NCBI GenBank assembly: GCA_028534125.1
Contig: CM052816.1
Location: 24,058,001-24,122,000, forward strand
Reading direction: 5' to 3'
Length of the DNA stretch: 64,000 nt
Source: Lama glama
Taxonomy: Eukaryota
Shown here: piece after piece, positions 14,340 to 24,925 of the stretch
How positions within the stretch are numbered: position 1 is the first letter of the stretch
Layout: every line of letters begins with the position of its first letter
Position numbers and translations under genes: made by a program
The notes under the pieces: generated by a model
Database searches by the model: none
Told to the model about the DNA's origin: nothing
What the model saw: the letters and a program-made list of their open reading frames with translations, nothing else

Positions 14340-15210
14340 AAAATCAATTCCTGGCACCGGATTTGAAGAGTTTCTGCCTTCTTTAAAACTCTTTTCTTTC
14401 AGTTTCTCTGACACTGCTCTCCTGGCTATTCCTCACCATCCCAATAGCTCCTTCTTCATTTCCTTTGCTAGTATCTCCCTAGTCTCTAACACACCTTTAG
14501 ACATTCCCTAGGCCCAATCCCAGGCTCAATTTCTGTTCTCTTAGCTACCCACTCTCCCTAAATAATTTCACATATAACTTTAGTCTTTCTCTCTCTCATA
14601 TATATGTGTGTACACATATACACACACATATATACACATAATGTATATACAAATATAATGCCCTCCTCTCTCAAAATGACTGTTGGATTATGATGTCTTA
14701 ACAGGCTACTCAAACAGAATTCTTTCTTTCCTCCCTCAATCTATCCCTCAAGTACAAAACTGGGGAACCAGCTTCTCTTTCACTCCCACATCCAATTTAC
14801 CTACATCCAATTCATTCTGCCACCAACCCTTATTATTCATAAACAGACCACAGTAAAAGCTTGAGCATCCCTCCTCCCATTCCTTGCCCCTGCCAATCCC
14901 TTCTCTATGCAGCGATCAAGATGTTAAAACAAAACAGATCATGTTGCTACCTCACACAAAACCCTTCAATAACTTCCCACTACCTTTATAATAAAATCTT
15001 ATACTGGCCTCCTCACGTTCTCTGGACGGACTACTCTCACCACACTATCTTCATAGATTTTGTTCCTTTGGTCTGGAACTTAGCCTATCATAACTTAGCC
15101 TTCAGGTTTCAGCTTCAAAGTCACACTTTGTGAAAAAGGCCTCCCCAACCCCAATTAAATGAGGTCCTATTATATCCTTACTATTATTCTACAGTTTTCT
15201 TCCAAAGCAC
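14340..15210 (+). mobile_element. Degraded L2 fragments with a CT/CA/TA microsatellite near 14585-14655
   Basis: Pyrimidine-rich L2-type motifs (TGACACTGCTCTCCTGG, AGATCATGTTGCT...AAAACCCTTCAAT). Confidence 0.6.
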
Positions 15211-17974
15211 TAGGAAAAAAAGTTTGTAACTGTCATTTGTACAACCATTTGGTTAGTCAGTATCCGTCCTATTAATAACTGCATCACCCCACAGTGCCAC
15301 AGCCATGTGACCAAACACCTAAGAAACTCTTCTCCCCAGCAAATTTGATAATGGGAGAACTCATGAGTACTTGCCCTAGAATGGCTGCATAATACACCAA
15401 GATGCACCATGGTTATTTAACTATTCCCTTTTAGTTAGATTTTTAGGCAAAATACTTTAAAAAGTCACAGTGCTGGGCAACCACAGGAATTCAAGTAGAA
15501 GGAAGACAATATAGTCCTCTCCCCTAACAGGTTTCTGGAGTCTTTTTCTTTTGCTTCTTTTGTTCTTCCATAGTTCCCAGGAAAGAGTTAGATCCATGAT
15601 AGATACTTTTAAGCATTTAGTGACCAAAGTAGACTACAGAATAATCAATTGCTAGGGTTAAATGTTACAGAATTCTAAATAACATGATTTCACCTAAGGC
15701 TAGAAGAACTAGAAAATGTTTTAAGAAGTAAAAGTTAATCTAGACAGAGTAAGGAACAACTTTTGGGAATCTATCCAATCTATATTATCAGCCTTCTCCT
15801 GCCTTCCTTCAATAGCAACATGTCTATAGCCAGATTTGTACTCCTTAACACTACACATTTCTTTAATCTATTTGCTAAATTCTAAACAAAATTATCTTCA
15901 AGATGAAGTTCTATGTTTAGTTAATCTAATAAACCTTTCTCTTTGCCCATACAGGACTCAGATGGTAAAATGTAAAAAACTATAAATAATTCATTACACT
16001 ACCTGATGCACAAATGAAACTCTGAACATAACATTTTATAAACTACATTCACTCAAAAATGTAGAAATTAAGATCTAAAGTTGATCTAAAATTGAAATCC
16101 TAAAGTTTAACTATGTACTTTCCCAAGGACCCATATAAGATTGAAATAATAACTACACTAGCCATTATGTTGCAGGTACTGAACATGGGCCTTTATGTGA
16201 AATATTTTTCCTCATCTCCAAAATAACCCTGAAAGCTGAAGAAGCTGAATCTGAGAGGCTGGGGTGACTCCTTCAACTACTATACATCTAAACCAAACAG
16301 GTGTTCTCTTTCCGACTCTGTGAACTGACTGAAAACACCAAACAAAAAAATAAAAACCTGAAGTTTTGGAGAACTAGAAGTGTTCTGTTATTGAGAAAAT
16401 TAAATATAAAATGACAAAAAATTTGAGGGAGCACACAAGATCAAGGTATATGATATCCTTCAATTTAAAAAAGCCTTTCTAAAACTCATAAGCAAATATA
16501 GACTGCTTTACTACTAAACTGCAGGGTTTTGGTGAAGTAAATCTGAAAACATCTAATATTTTCAATAACAAAAATGCTCTCAGAAAAGAGAAATTGTATG
16601 TATCTACTTTACAAGGATTTTGGGTTTTGAAAGGAAAAAATAATAGATTAGAGAGAAACTACAAGAGTATGAATAAAATAAGTGTTTTAAAAATTGTTTT
16701 CCTTCTGATATGACAAAAGACCACAACAGAGTAACAGGAGTAGTATTATCCAAAGCTAAATGCTGTCAGGCTTTTAAACAATCAATAAGTTGTAAGGGTT
16801 GGGACCTCAGTAATTATTTCAAACAGTATGAATGTTACATTATCATCACTGGAACAAGTACAATCTTTCCAAATAATCATATCCAAAAGAAATTGTATAC
16901 TTTCTGTATTTAAATTTTCAACCTTATGATTATGTCAACTTATATGGTACCCTTTGCAGTTACAAAATTCCATCAATGTAGTCATTATACACTCATAAAG
17001 GCATACTTCAAGTTATTCGAACTCATAAAAAAGTTAATTATTAATCAAATATCAAAAGCATCGTTATCTCAAAATAACGATTTCTGTACCTGAAGAAATA
17101 AAAGTCGTTATGTGGCCAAAAAATATATATATAATTACAGAAATCGATAGAGTTTATAGGAATGGCTTTCTGTTCACAAAGTGAGTAAAACGACTTACAC
17201 AAGACCCTAGAAGGTCTTATGGACATCCTCCACAGAAAAACAATTCTCCCATTTCTATTTCTCTCTTCCTCTCTTTTAAACTCTGCTCCCCATCTTTTAG
17301 ATGTAATCCGCTTTTAAAAGATTTACATTATAAAAAGTGGATTTATGCCATTATCAGGAACAGCCTGTCCCAAGACTTAAGATTTCTATGATCTTTGCAT
17401 ACTCAAAACTGCAAGAACTAAGCTTTAATAATTCATAGACCACAAACACACTCTGTTAAGATTTTCCCTTCCAACACTAATGTTCCCACTCTTGGGACCC
17501 CTAATGGGTGTACGTAAGCCATACTACACAATCTTTAAAAGGAACGCGGATCCTAGGTGCTCTCCACTCTGTCCTGAGAGACGTCCTCACCTAAACCTTC
17601 TGCATATTCTCTTCTTCAGGCCTAAAAAAAGCACAACTGTCATTCAGAGGGACGGAAATTGTTAAGCGTGGGTGAGAAAAAAAAAGCGTACACAAGATAT
17701 GTTAACTGGATGGGGAAGGTTGTTAAATGCAGCCTCTCCTGTATCACGTAACTAGCCTAACCCGCTGCAAACTTTTAAGAGATTAAGTTACATTCCTCTG
17801 CAATTCCACCCTTGACAGCTGAATCTAGGGATGCCAGCGAGTCGTGCACGTCCATTCCCGCCGCCTCACCCGCCGGGAGCCGGCGGCTACATCCCGCGGT
17901 CCGCGCGGACCAGTGGCTAGGCAAGGAGGGAGGGCTGGCGAGAGGGCTGCAGGGAGAAGGCCGGGAGAGCTCAC

Positions 17975-18407
17975 CTTTTCCAGCTCATCGTGGAGCTCCG
18001 CCAGGCTGGGCCGGAGCAGCTTCTCGCCCAGCTGCGCTGCTGTGTGCCGGTAGTGGTCGATCCTGGGCACGGCGTCCATAGTGTTGTGGCCGAAGGTGCG
18101 CAGGTAGTAGGTGTTGGTGTGGGTGTCATAGTAGTAATGCTGGTGGTGCCCGCTGCCGCCGCCGCCCGAGTGCAGGCTGCTCCCCTCGCTCAGCACTGTG
18201 TCCCCGCCGTTCTGGAAACTCACGTTGGGCCCGTCGCCTCCGATCCCCGCCGCATCCGACACGCTCTCGTCCGCAGACGAAGAGGCAGCTGGGTCCACGA
18301 AGTTCACGCGGAAGCGGCCCTTGGCTTCCTCGCTACCCTTGGCTAGCCCGCTTTCGCCGCTGGCTTTCCCGTCCGCGGGGGTCTCCTTGCCCCCCACCCC
18401 AGCGCTA

Positions 18408-18445
<38 letters not shown>

Positions 18446-18721
18446 CCGCCCGGCATTCTCCGAAACCAGGTCCACCTGGAAGCGGCTCTGGCTGGGGGTG
18501 GGCCCCAGGGGTCTGCCCAGCCCGTCCCCGGCCGCCGCAGCGCCCTCCCCGCAGACCCCACCGCCGCCCCGGCTCGCAGCCACAGCATCCTCCGGCACCG
18601 AGAGCACGGCCGTGCCGGGCAAGTCCACCCCGGCGGCGGCCAGCGCGGCAGCTGGAGGCGTCTCTCCGACCCCGGCCAGCCTCGGGGTGCCGGAGGAGGG
18701 CGCCGTGGGCCCCGGCTCCAT
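17975..18721 (-). CDS. SLC12A2: SLC12A2/NKCC1 coding exon 1 (249 codons, cytoplasmic N-terminal regulatory domain)
   Basis: Translation [11 protein letters not shown]...[20 protein letters not shown]...[14 protein letters not shown]...[55 protein letters not shown] matches the NKCC1 N-terminus. ATG is in strong Kozak context (GCGGCGATGG). The exon ends in a phase-0 donor GAAAAG|GTGAG at 17975/17974. Confidence 0.98.
18408..18445 (-). repeat. (GCG)n polyalanine-coding repeat interrupted by GTG (Val)
   Basis: Encodes [13 protein letters not shown]. Confidence 0.95.
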
Positions 18722-18908
18722 CGCCGCCCGACCACCGGCGGACCCGGCGAGCCTTGCGGACCTCACGCGCTGCACGCCCTCCGCGCCCCTGGCCGGCGGA
18801 GGTTACTGCCGCAACGCCAGGTAAGGGAGTCGCTCTCCCAGCCGCGCGCTCGCCGCCGCTAGCCCGGGCCGGGACGAACGCCTCCGGCAGGCGAGTCTGC
18901 GCGCGAGT
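18722..18908 (-). other. SLC12A2: SLC12A2 5' UTR (approximate TSS ~18908)
   Basis: GC-rich with no upstream ATG. An initiator-like CA (GC|ACTCGCGCGC) lies ~30 nt downstream of TTTAAA. TSS position is inferred. Confidence 0.7.
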
Positions 18909-18935
18909 GCAGCGGGCGCGGGGCGGGCCCCGCTG

Positions 18936-18941
18936 TTTAAA
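18936..18941 (-). promoter_or_regulatory. TATA-like box (TTTAAA) of SLC12A2
   Basis: Isolated AT hexamer in a GC-rich stretch, about -33 to -28 from the inferred TSS. Confidence 0.65.
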
Positions 18942-18990
18942 GCCTCGGCGGGGCCACGGCGGTGGCGGGGCTCCGGCTGCAGCACGCGGG

Positions 18991-19030
18991 AGGCGGGGCC
19001 CGCGGCTCCTCCGCCCCTCAGCCCGCCCAC
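18991..19030. promoter_or_regulatory. GC-box (SP/KLF) cluster
   Basis: AGGCGGGGC at 18991, CCGCCC at 19011 and 19023, upstream of the TATA-like box. Confidence 0.6.
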
Positions 19031-19546
19031 CCGTGGTCCGGCAGTGGTTCTCAGTTGAGGCTCCCTCGGCGCCCGGCCCGCTCAGACTCCCGCGCAACCC
19101 CACGCAGGAATCGGGCCCGACCAGTCCACGCCGGGACTCCGTCGTCACAGAACAGCGCGATCTGGGAGCAGGCGCGGCCGCTGGCCGCCTCACCGCCGTC
19201 TCCGGGAAGATCTCTGCGCCGCTACCTCCTCTTCCGTCGCCCTCCTCCCACCCTCCACCTCCTTCCCCCGCCCCGCTCTGCGGCGGAGAGGAGCGGGCCC
19301 CCCGGCCGCCTCCCTCTCTCTCCGTCCCTGGGGCCGCGCGTCAGTGGGCCGGTAGCCCAGGCCGCCGCAGCCCACGATTCGGACAGCGCCTGGCCCGCGA
19401 AGGGGCGCGCGGGCCCTGCCTCGGCGCTCGCCGATTGCTGATGCTCTCGCGGCAGCTGCCACTACAGCAGCTTCAGGGACTATCGCCGCTCGCTTTTTTT
19501 TTTTTTTTTAAGTTCTATGCTCGCAGTACAGGGCTGAGCCGGCGAG

Positions 19547-19558
19547 ATCTCGCGAGAT
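19547..19558. promoter_or_regulatory. BANP / CGCG element (TCTCGCGAGA)
   Basis: Perfect 12-bp palindrome ATCTCGCGAGAT containing the exact consensus. Confidence 0.8.
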
Positions 19559-19838
19559 GCTGGAGGGCAGCCGGCCGCTTCCCCTGCGGCGCGTGGTACC
19601 TGAGGCGATGCAGTAGCCGCCGACCGCCCTGCGCTCCCGCGGGTGATGCCGGGGGCTTTCCCTTCCGGCCCGCAGGTGCTTCCGGAGTTGCGGGCAGAGT
19701 GCGCCCCAGTCGCGAGGCCTACTCTGAGCACCGGCCCGCCGAGACTTCCGATCTCACTACAGGCCTGAGCCTAGGGGAAGGCAGGATTTCCTCAGTGCTG
19801 TCTTTGAGGGGATAAACTCACTCGCGTGGCAGCGTTAG

Positions 19839-19846
19839 ATTTGCAT
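19839..19846. promoter_or_regulatory. Octamer (POU) motif ATTTGCAT at the island edge
   Basis: Exact consensus match; function untested. Confidence 0.45.
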
Positions 19847-21211
19847 AACCAGATACTAATTCCAGTCCTGATGCAGTGGGTGTGTCCACACTTCCGACGA
19901 CAGCTTCCTTTTAAAAGCTGTGATGTTTGAAGGTGAGAAGGGAGCCTAGTTGTGATACCATGTTGTTTTAAGACAATTTTTAACTTGAGGCATTTCTGAA
20001 AAAGATAGGAAGCTCCACTTAGGAATGAACACACTGAGACAATACCTAATGGTGGAGAACTAACCTGGTAGCTTTGACAAGCTTTAAGGTTGTAAAGAAT
20101 TCCGCTGTTTCAACTAAAACAGAAAGGTCTTCCTCTGCAGGCCTATTTTTTCTTTTGTAAAATGTTGGGTAATATAATTACTTTGCAACTTTCGTAGCAG
20201 CAGAATCCATTTCTAACCTAAATTTTACCCTCCGCGTTGCATAAAAACAACCATGAACGTCTTCTTCCATCAGTTGTCTTTCATTGTTGTATTGATATTT
20301 GTGTGTTTTTAAATTTTATTTGTGGGATAAACACCATCCTTTGCTGAATCCTGAAAGCAGGATCAAAGAGACGCAGAATTTGCAGAGCTGTTTGGAAATA
20401 CCATGAAGAAAGCTGCAATCAGGCAATTTTCAAAAAGTTGTCTTATCCATGAATTTGACATTCACAACTTTTCGTATCAGTTTATTATCTCTTGTAAAGG
20501 TGGAGAGAGGAAGGAACCGCCCTTGGAACATGTAGCCAGGGTTTTTAAAGCCCCTCATGAGCTTTAGTAACATTAGCAGAAAACTAGGGAAGCCAGAATA
20601 ATCAGGTGGTTCTTGAATCACTACAGTTTCTGCTGAAGAATTGCTGCCTTGGTAGCTGATTTGTGTGGTAACTTTTAGCTCCAAAGCTTCGTGGTTGTGG
20701 TTATTCAACATTCATTGATCTAAACAAATGGAGAGCCCCTACTGTGACGTTCTCTGAGTTATGGGGATATAGCAGTGAGCGAAACAGACAGCATCTTCTC
20801 TCATGAAGTTCATAGTCTTGTGAGAAAGAGGCAAGAAACAAGATAAATAGGTAAAGTATGTTGCCTGCTAGTAGCGCTAAGAAAAAGAGAATGGGGTATG
20901 TAAGATGGAGGTGGTAAAATTTTCATGGGGTGACCTCATTGAGAAGGTGACATTTGAGTGTGGAAATAAGTGATGCAAGTATTTGGGGAGAGAGTGTTCC
21001 AAGCAGAGGAAAAACTAAGGCCCAGAGGTGAGAGCTTGCTGAAAATGTTCATGGAATTTCATGTAGGCCAGTGTGGCTGAAGCTGCTTGAGGAATGGAGG
21101 AAATCACAGGCAATTAGGTCAGAGAGGTCAGAGGTTGCGGACATGACAGACCAGAATGTGTAGCACTTCTGGCTATTCAAAGGACTTTGGCTTTTACTCT
21201 GAGTGGGATGG

Positions 21212-21423
21212 TATATTAGCTTGGGCTGCCTTCTCACTACGTCCACTCATGGTGAAAAAAAGAACTCTGGTGTCTCTTCTTTAGGGCACCAGTTGTATCA
21301 GGGCTCCACCCTTATGACTTCATTTAATTTTAGTCACCTCCTTAAAGGCATGATCTTGAATAGAGTCACACGAGTAAGTGCTTCAACGTAAGGATTTTTG
21401 GAGACACAATTTAGTCCCTAGCA
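21212..21423 (-). mobile_element. MLT1A-like MaLR solo LTR, internally deleted
   Basis: TATATTAG...GGGCTCCACCCTTATGACTTCATTTAA...CACAATTTAGTCCCTAGCA flanked by a 5-bp TSD GATGG (21207-21211, 21424-21428). Confidence 0.8.
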
Positions 21424-22693
21424 GATGGCAACTTATTAGAGGGTCTGAGTAGAGGAATGACATTATTTGACAGTATTTTAAGGATTAATCTACCTGCCTT
21501 CTTGTAAACACACAAGATGGTAAGCAGTGGTGGCAAAGAAAGAAGCAAGGAGATGAGTTAAGAGGAATTGCTACATTTGACCACTGTGGGTAGCAGTGGA
21601 AATGGGAAGAAAGTTGTCAAACCCTGGGGAGTCAGTAGAATTTGCTGATGGTTGTGGAAGATTGAAGGGAATCCAAGGATTTTGTCCTGAGCAAGTGGAA
21701 CAATGGTATTACTGTTTTCTGAGATGGAGGAGATGGTAAAGGGAGCAAGCTTGGGTTGGAGGAATATCGGGAGCTCAGTCTGCTATATCTGTTGGGGGAA
21801 ACAAATAAATATACAATAGTAATAAATAGTAGTCATTCATATAAATGTGTGATTGCATCTGAGAAGTTTTAGGACAAGAGAGGAATATGGTACACTGAGG
21901 GACCAGACTTGGTCATGGGGGAAGTGACTTTTCAGCTGAGGTCTGAAGGATGATTAAGATTAAACTATAACTGTCATGGGGGTTTCAAAAAAGGGAAATA
22001 TTGTGGGCAAAAGCCCTCATGGAATGAATATAGCCTGTCTAAGGAGTTTGAATCCAGTTTGGTTTAAGGCTAGGAAATAAGGGGCAAGAGTGATAAAAGA
22101 TGAGACTATTCTAAAAGCCCTATAAAACCATTAACGGGTTTCCAGGGAGATGGTAGGGGATGACCAGATGTACATTTATTTAAAGTCTCTCTAGTTATAT
22201 TGTAGGCAGAAGATTGGAGAGAAGCAGGAGTAAGTATAGAAAGACAGGATACAATTTCAGTAATCTAGGCATAAGATGATAGTAATAATAGTAGCTGATT
22301 TTATAGGAAGTTTATGTCCTGGATTCTGTACTAAGTTCTAAATTCATAATCTTATTTAATTCTTACAACAACATTCTGAAGAAAATGATAACATTACCCA
22401 TATTTTTACAGATTAAAAATTTGGTTAAGGAAAAAAGTTTAAGAAATTTTCTGTAAGAAAATAATTAATTAAAAAAAATTTTTTAAAGAAACTTCTCTGA
22501 GGTCACTCCAAAACCAACGATTTGAATCCAGGAAAATTTCTCCACTAATCAAGCTTTAGGAGTTTGGATTATGGGGGATGCAGGGAAATGAGAAAGGAAA
22601 GAAAATCAGAGATACAGTATTTAAGAGGTAACTCAGAGTACTTGGAAATGGATTGAAGGAATATGGGAAAATAAAGAATAACTTGAGTTTTTT

Positions 22694-22826
22694 TTTTTAT
22701 TTTTTTTTATTTTGGTGGGGGGAGGTAACTTGGTTTATTTATTTTTAGAGGAGGTACTGGGGCTTGAACCCAGGACCTCGTGCATGCTAAGCAAGCGCTC
22801 TACCACTTGAGCTATACCCTCCCCCC
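22694..22826 (-). mobile_element. Camelid-type tRNA-derived SINE (Vic-1-like), young
   Basis: GGGAGGGTATAGCTCAAGTGGTAGAGCGC...GGGTTCAAGCCCC (A and B boxes), A-rich tail, perfect TSD TAACTTGAGTTTTTT (22679-22693, 22827-22841). Confidence 0.92.
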
Positions 22827-23121
22827 TAACTTGAGTTTTTTAATTTGTTCATCTGAAGTTAGATGGTAGTGACATTAGAGAGAAAGAGAACATTCTAAAA
22901 CTAGGTTTGGAGATGAATATGAGAAATTTGATCTTGGGCATACTGGGCTTGAAGTACCTTTGAGACATTCAAGTGGTAAATTCAGGAAGTATTTGGTGAC
23001 ATGGGTCTTGTGCTCAAAAAGAAAGTTTGTATGAGACTACAAATGTGATGGTTCTCTGCAAATAGATAATAATAACTGACACTTGGATATGAATCAGCTC
23101 ACTCAGGGAGATAGTGTAGAG

Positions 23122-23313
23122 CAGCACTGTACAGTAAAATGTTGGAAATGTCCTCTGTCAGTGCTGCCCAATTTGATAACCATGAACCACTTGTGGTTTT
23201 TGAGCCCTTGAAATGCCTAGTGCAATTGAGGAACTGATTTTTAAATTTTAGTTTATTAATTTAAGTTTATTAAATGGCCCCATGGGTTAGTGGCTACCAT
23301 ATTGAACAGCATA
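23122..23313 (+). mobile_element. MER3 (hAT-Charlie MITE)
   Basis: CAGCACTGT...CTTGAAATG...TGAGGAACTGATTTT...TAGTGGCTACCATATTGAACAGCA. Confidence 0.8.
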
Positions 23314-24639
23314 GGTATAGAGTTAAGGAGAAAACCTAGGGCCCAGACTGGTGTAATTCCAACATGTAATGACTAGACTGAGGGAGGAGTGGCCAGAGAG
23401 AGGAGAAAACTCAATGAAGGCATTTTCAAAGTAGGATCAGCTGTGTTAAAATGGGCCAAGAATTGGAGAAAGATGAGAGGTGAATATGTATTGAATTTGG
23501 TAACGTGTGAAATAACATAATGAGAGGGTTATGGCAGGGAGGGCAGTGTTTCAGTAGGTATGATCTTAATAGGCATGTGAAATTTATAGAAATGCTGTCA
23601 GGAGAGGTCTCCTGTGGTTCGCTGTTAGCAAATATTTTGTTTATTTGATTTACCGGGTGTTGATTTGGAGACTAACCTTGAGGAGAACAGGCTCATTATA
23701 AGGGCCATGATGGAGGGGTACCCTGGTCATTTTGCTCATTTTCGCCTTCTGCCAGGAAATCAGTCTTTGGCCATGTATGTATCAGTGTCCTTAGTACTAT
23801 ACATTGAACGTACTTAGAATTTTAGGACTAGAAGAGACTAGGATGTTGTTCCAGGCCTCTAATTTCACAAATGCAAAAATATCCTAAAAGGAGACAAAAA
23901 TTATACTAGACCTATAGTTCTTCATATCTGCAGCATTAGAACATGTGAGTTACAAAACCATATACAGCCTTTAAAATCACTTTTTTTTTTTATTACAGTG
24001 AGTTTTAGTTGTGTGTTCTTTCTGTGCTTACATTCTATTTGGTTTTGGTTTTCCTTTTTTACTAGTTAACAGTCAGTATACAGATTTGGGCAATGGTATT
24101 TCCCTTGAGAAATAAAGTGATTCTCTTATCATGGGAAAAAAAAAAGTTACCCTAGAGAAGCTTGTTTATACTGTAAATGTTACAATTTTTGTTTCCTTAC
24201 CTAAGTACCAATTGCATTCTTCTTAAATTAAAAATATAAAGATTTTCAACTCAGTCAGAATTAATCAAAAATCTAACTATGCTTTTTATCTAAATAATAT
24301 TTAAATTAGTTATTTATAAATTATGTCTTTCAAAAGAGATAGCCCAAAATTTTACTGAATTTAAATCTTTTATGTTTTGTTTATCCAAGCAGTAAATTCA
24401 TGACAAATGCATTTAAAATAAACATAAATCTGTCTTCTTTCATTCCCTACTTTCACCTACACGTTTGTCATAAATCTAATCAAGGAAATTGCTTTCACTC
24501 AGATTTTGTATTGCTGAACTTATTTTCCATCTGCACTGATTAACTTTTATACTTCTAATTCTGAAGGCTATGAACATTTGCAAACTTTAAAGTGCAAAAT
24601 TGTTGTCAAATATTAATATATCAAGTAAATACTTTTACC

Positions 24640-24870
24640 AAATAGCTAAGTGGTTACAATCATGATCTCCATAGTCTACCTGGATTTGAATTGCACTTTC
24701 ACTAGTTATTAGTCATGTGACCTCTGTGCCTCAGTTTCCTTATCTGTAAAATAGGAATAATAATGGTAGCTAACTCAGAGCTATGAGGATCACATGAATT
24801 TCTATCTATAGAATGCTTAGAACAGTACCTGATACATGGTAAGCCCTAATTTATGTAAGCATTGAATAAT
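24640..24870 (+). mobile_element. MIR SINE
   Basis: CCTCTGTGCCTCAGTTTCCTTATCTGTAAAATAGGAATAATAAT...GCTTAGAACAGTACCTGATACAT. Confidence 0.85.
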
Positions 24871-24925
24871 TGTTTAAAACAATGTTTTAATCAAATGAAG
24901 AAATAGTGGTAAGGGAAATCTTTTA

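Larger units (their letters stand above)
1..17974 (-). other. SLC12A2: SLC12A2 intron 1 (partial; continues beyond the left edge)
   Basis: Starts with GTGAG after exon 1. No further NKCC1 coding sequence recognised; AT-rich with old repeats. Confidence 0.9.
17800..19830. promoter_or_regulatory. CpG island / bidirectional promoter
   Basis: Abrupt switch to very high GC and dense CpG over ~2 kb in an otherwise AT-rich, CpG-depleted window. Confidence 0.96.
19500..19932 (+). ncRNA. Putative first exon of a divergent lncRNA (positional equivalent of human SLC12A2-DT/LINC01184)
   Basis: The island extends ~900 bp beyond the SLC12A2 TSS with its own promoter motifs. Candidate donor AAG|GTGAGA at 19932/19933. 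The human locus has a head-to-head lncRNA. Boundaries are inferred. Confidence 0.45.
20700..23560 (-). mobile_element. Cluster of L2 fragments interrupted by MLT1A, MIR, SINE and MER3
   Basis: CATTCATT...AACAAAT...CCTACTGTG tail at ~20710; AGGACTTTGGCTTTTACTCTGAGTG; TTGAGACATTCAAGTGG. Confidence 0.75.

Noticed and set aside
17825..18775. 316-aa ORF taken as the complete protein, including an 18-aa GTG-initiated N-terminal extension
   Set aside because: The C-terminal 49 aa are intron read-through past the GTGAG donor. The GTG has weak context while the ATG at 18721 is strong and gives the recognisable NKCC1 start.
18198..19815. Long overlapping ORFs (208, 262, 353, 159 aa) in the CpG island
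   Set aside because: Stop codons are rare in very GC-rich DNA; products are low-complexity Pro/Arg/Ala/Gly, and starts are mostly non-ATG.
19441..19815. ATG-initiated 124-aa + strand ORF (MLSRQLPL...) as a lncRNA micropeptide
   Set aside because: The frame passes through a slippage-prone T16 tract, the ATG probably lies upstream of the + strand TSS, and there is no recognisable homology.
21415..21432. CTCF-like CTAGCAGATGGCAA (also TGGCACCAGAGGGG near 2824)
   Set aside because: Mismatches at key core positions; the first is an artefact of an LTR/TSD junction.
22750..22826. tRNA genes (also at 31256, 33236, ~60390, ~61310)
   Set aside because: These are tRNA-like heads followed by a shared non-tRNA body, A-rich tails and TSDs, so they are SINEs.
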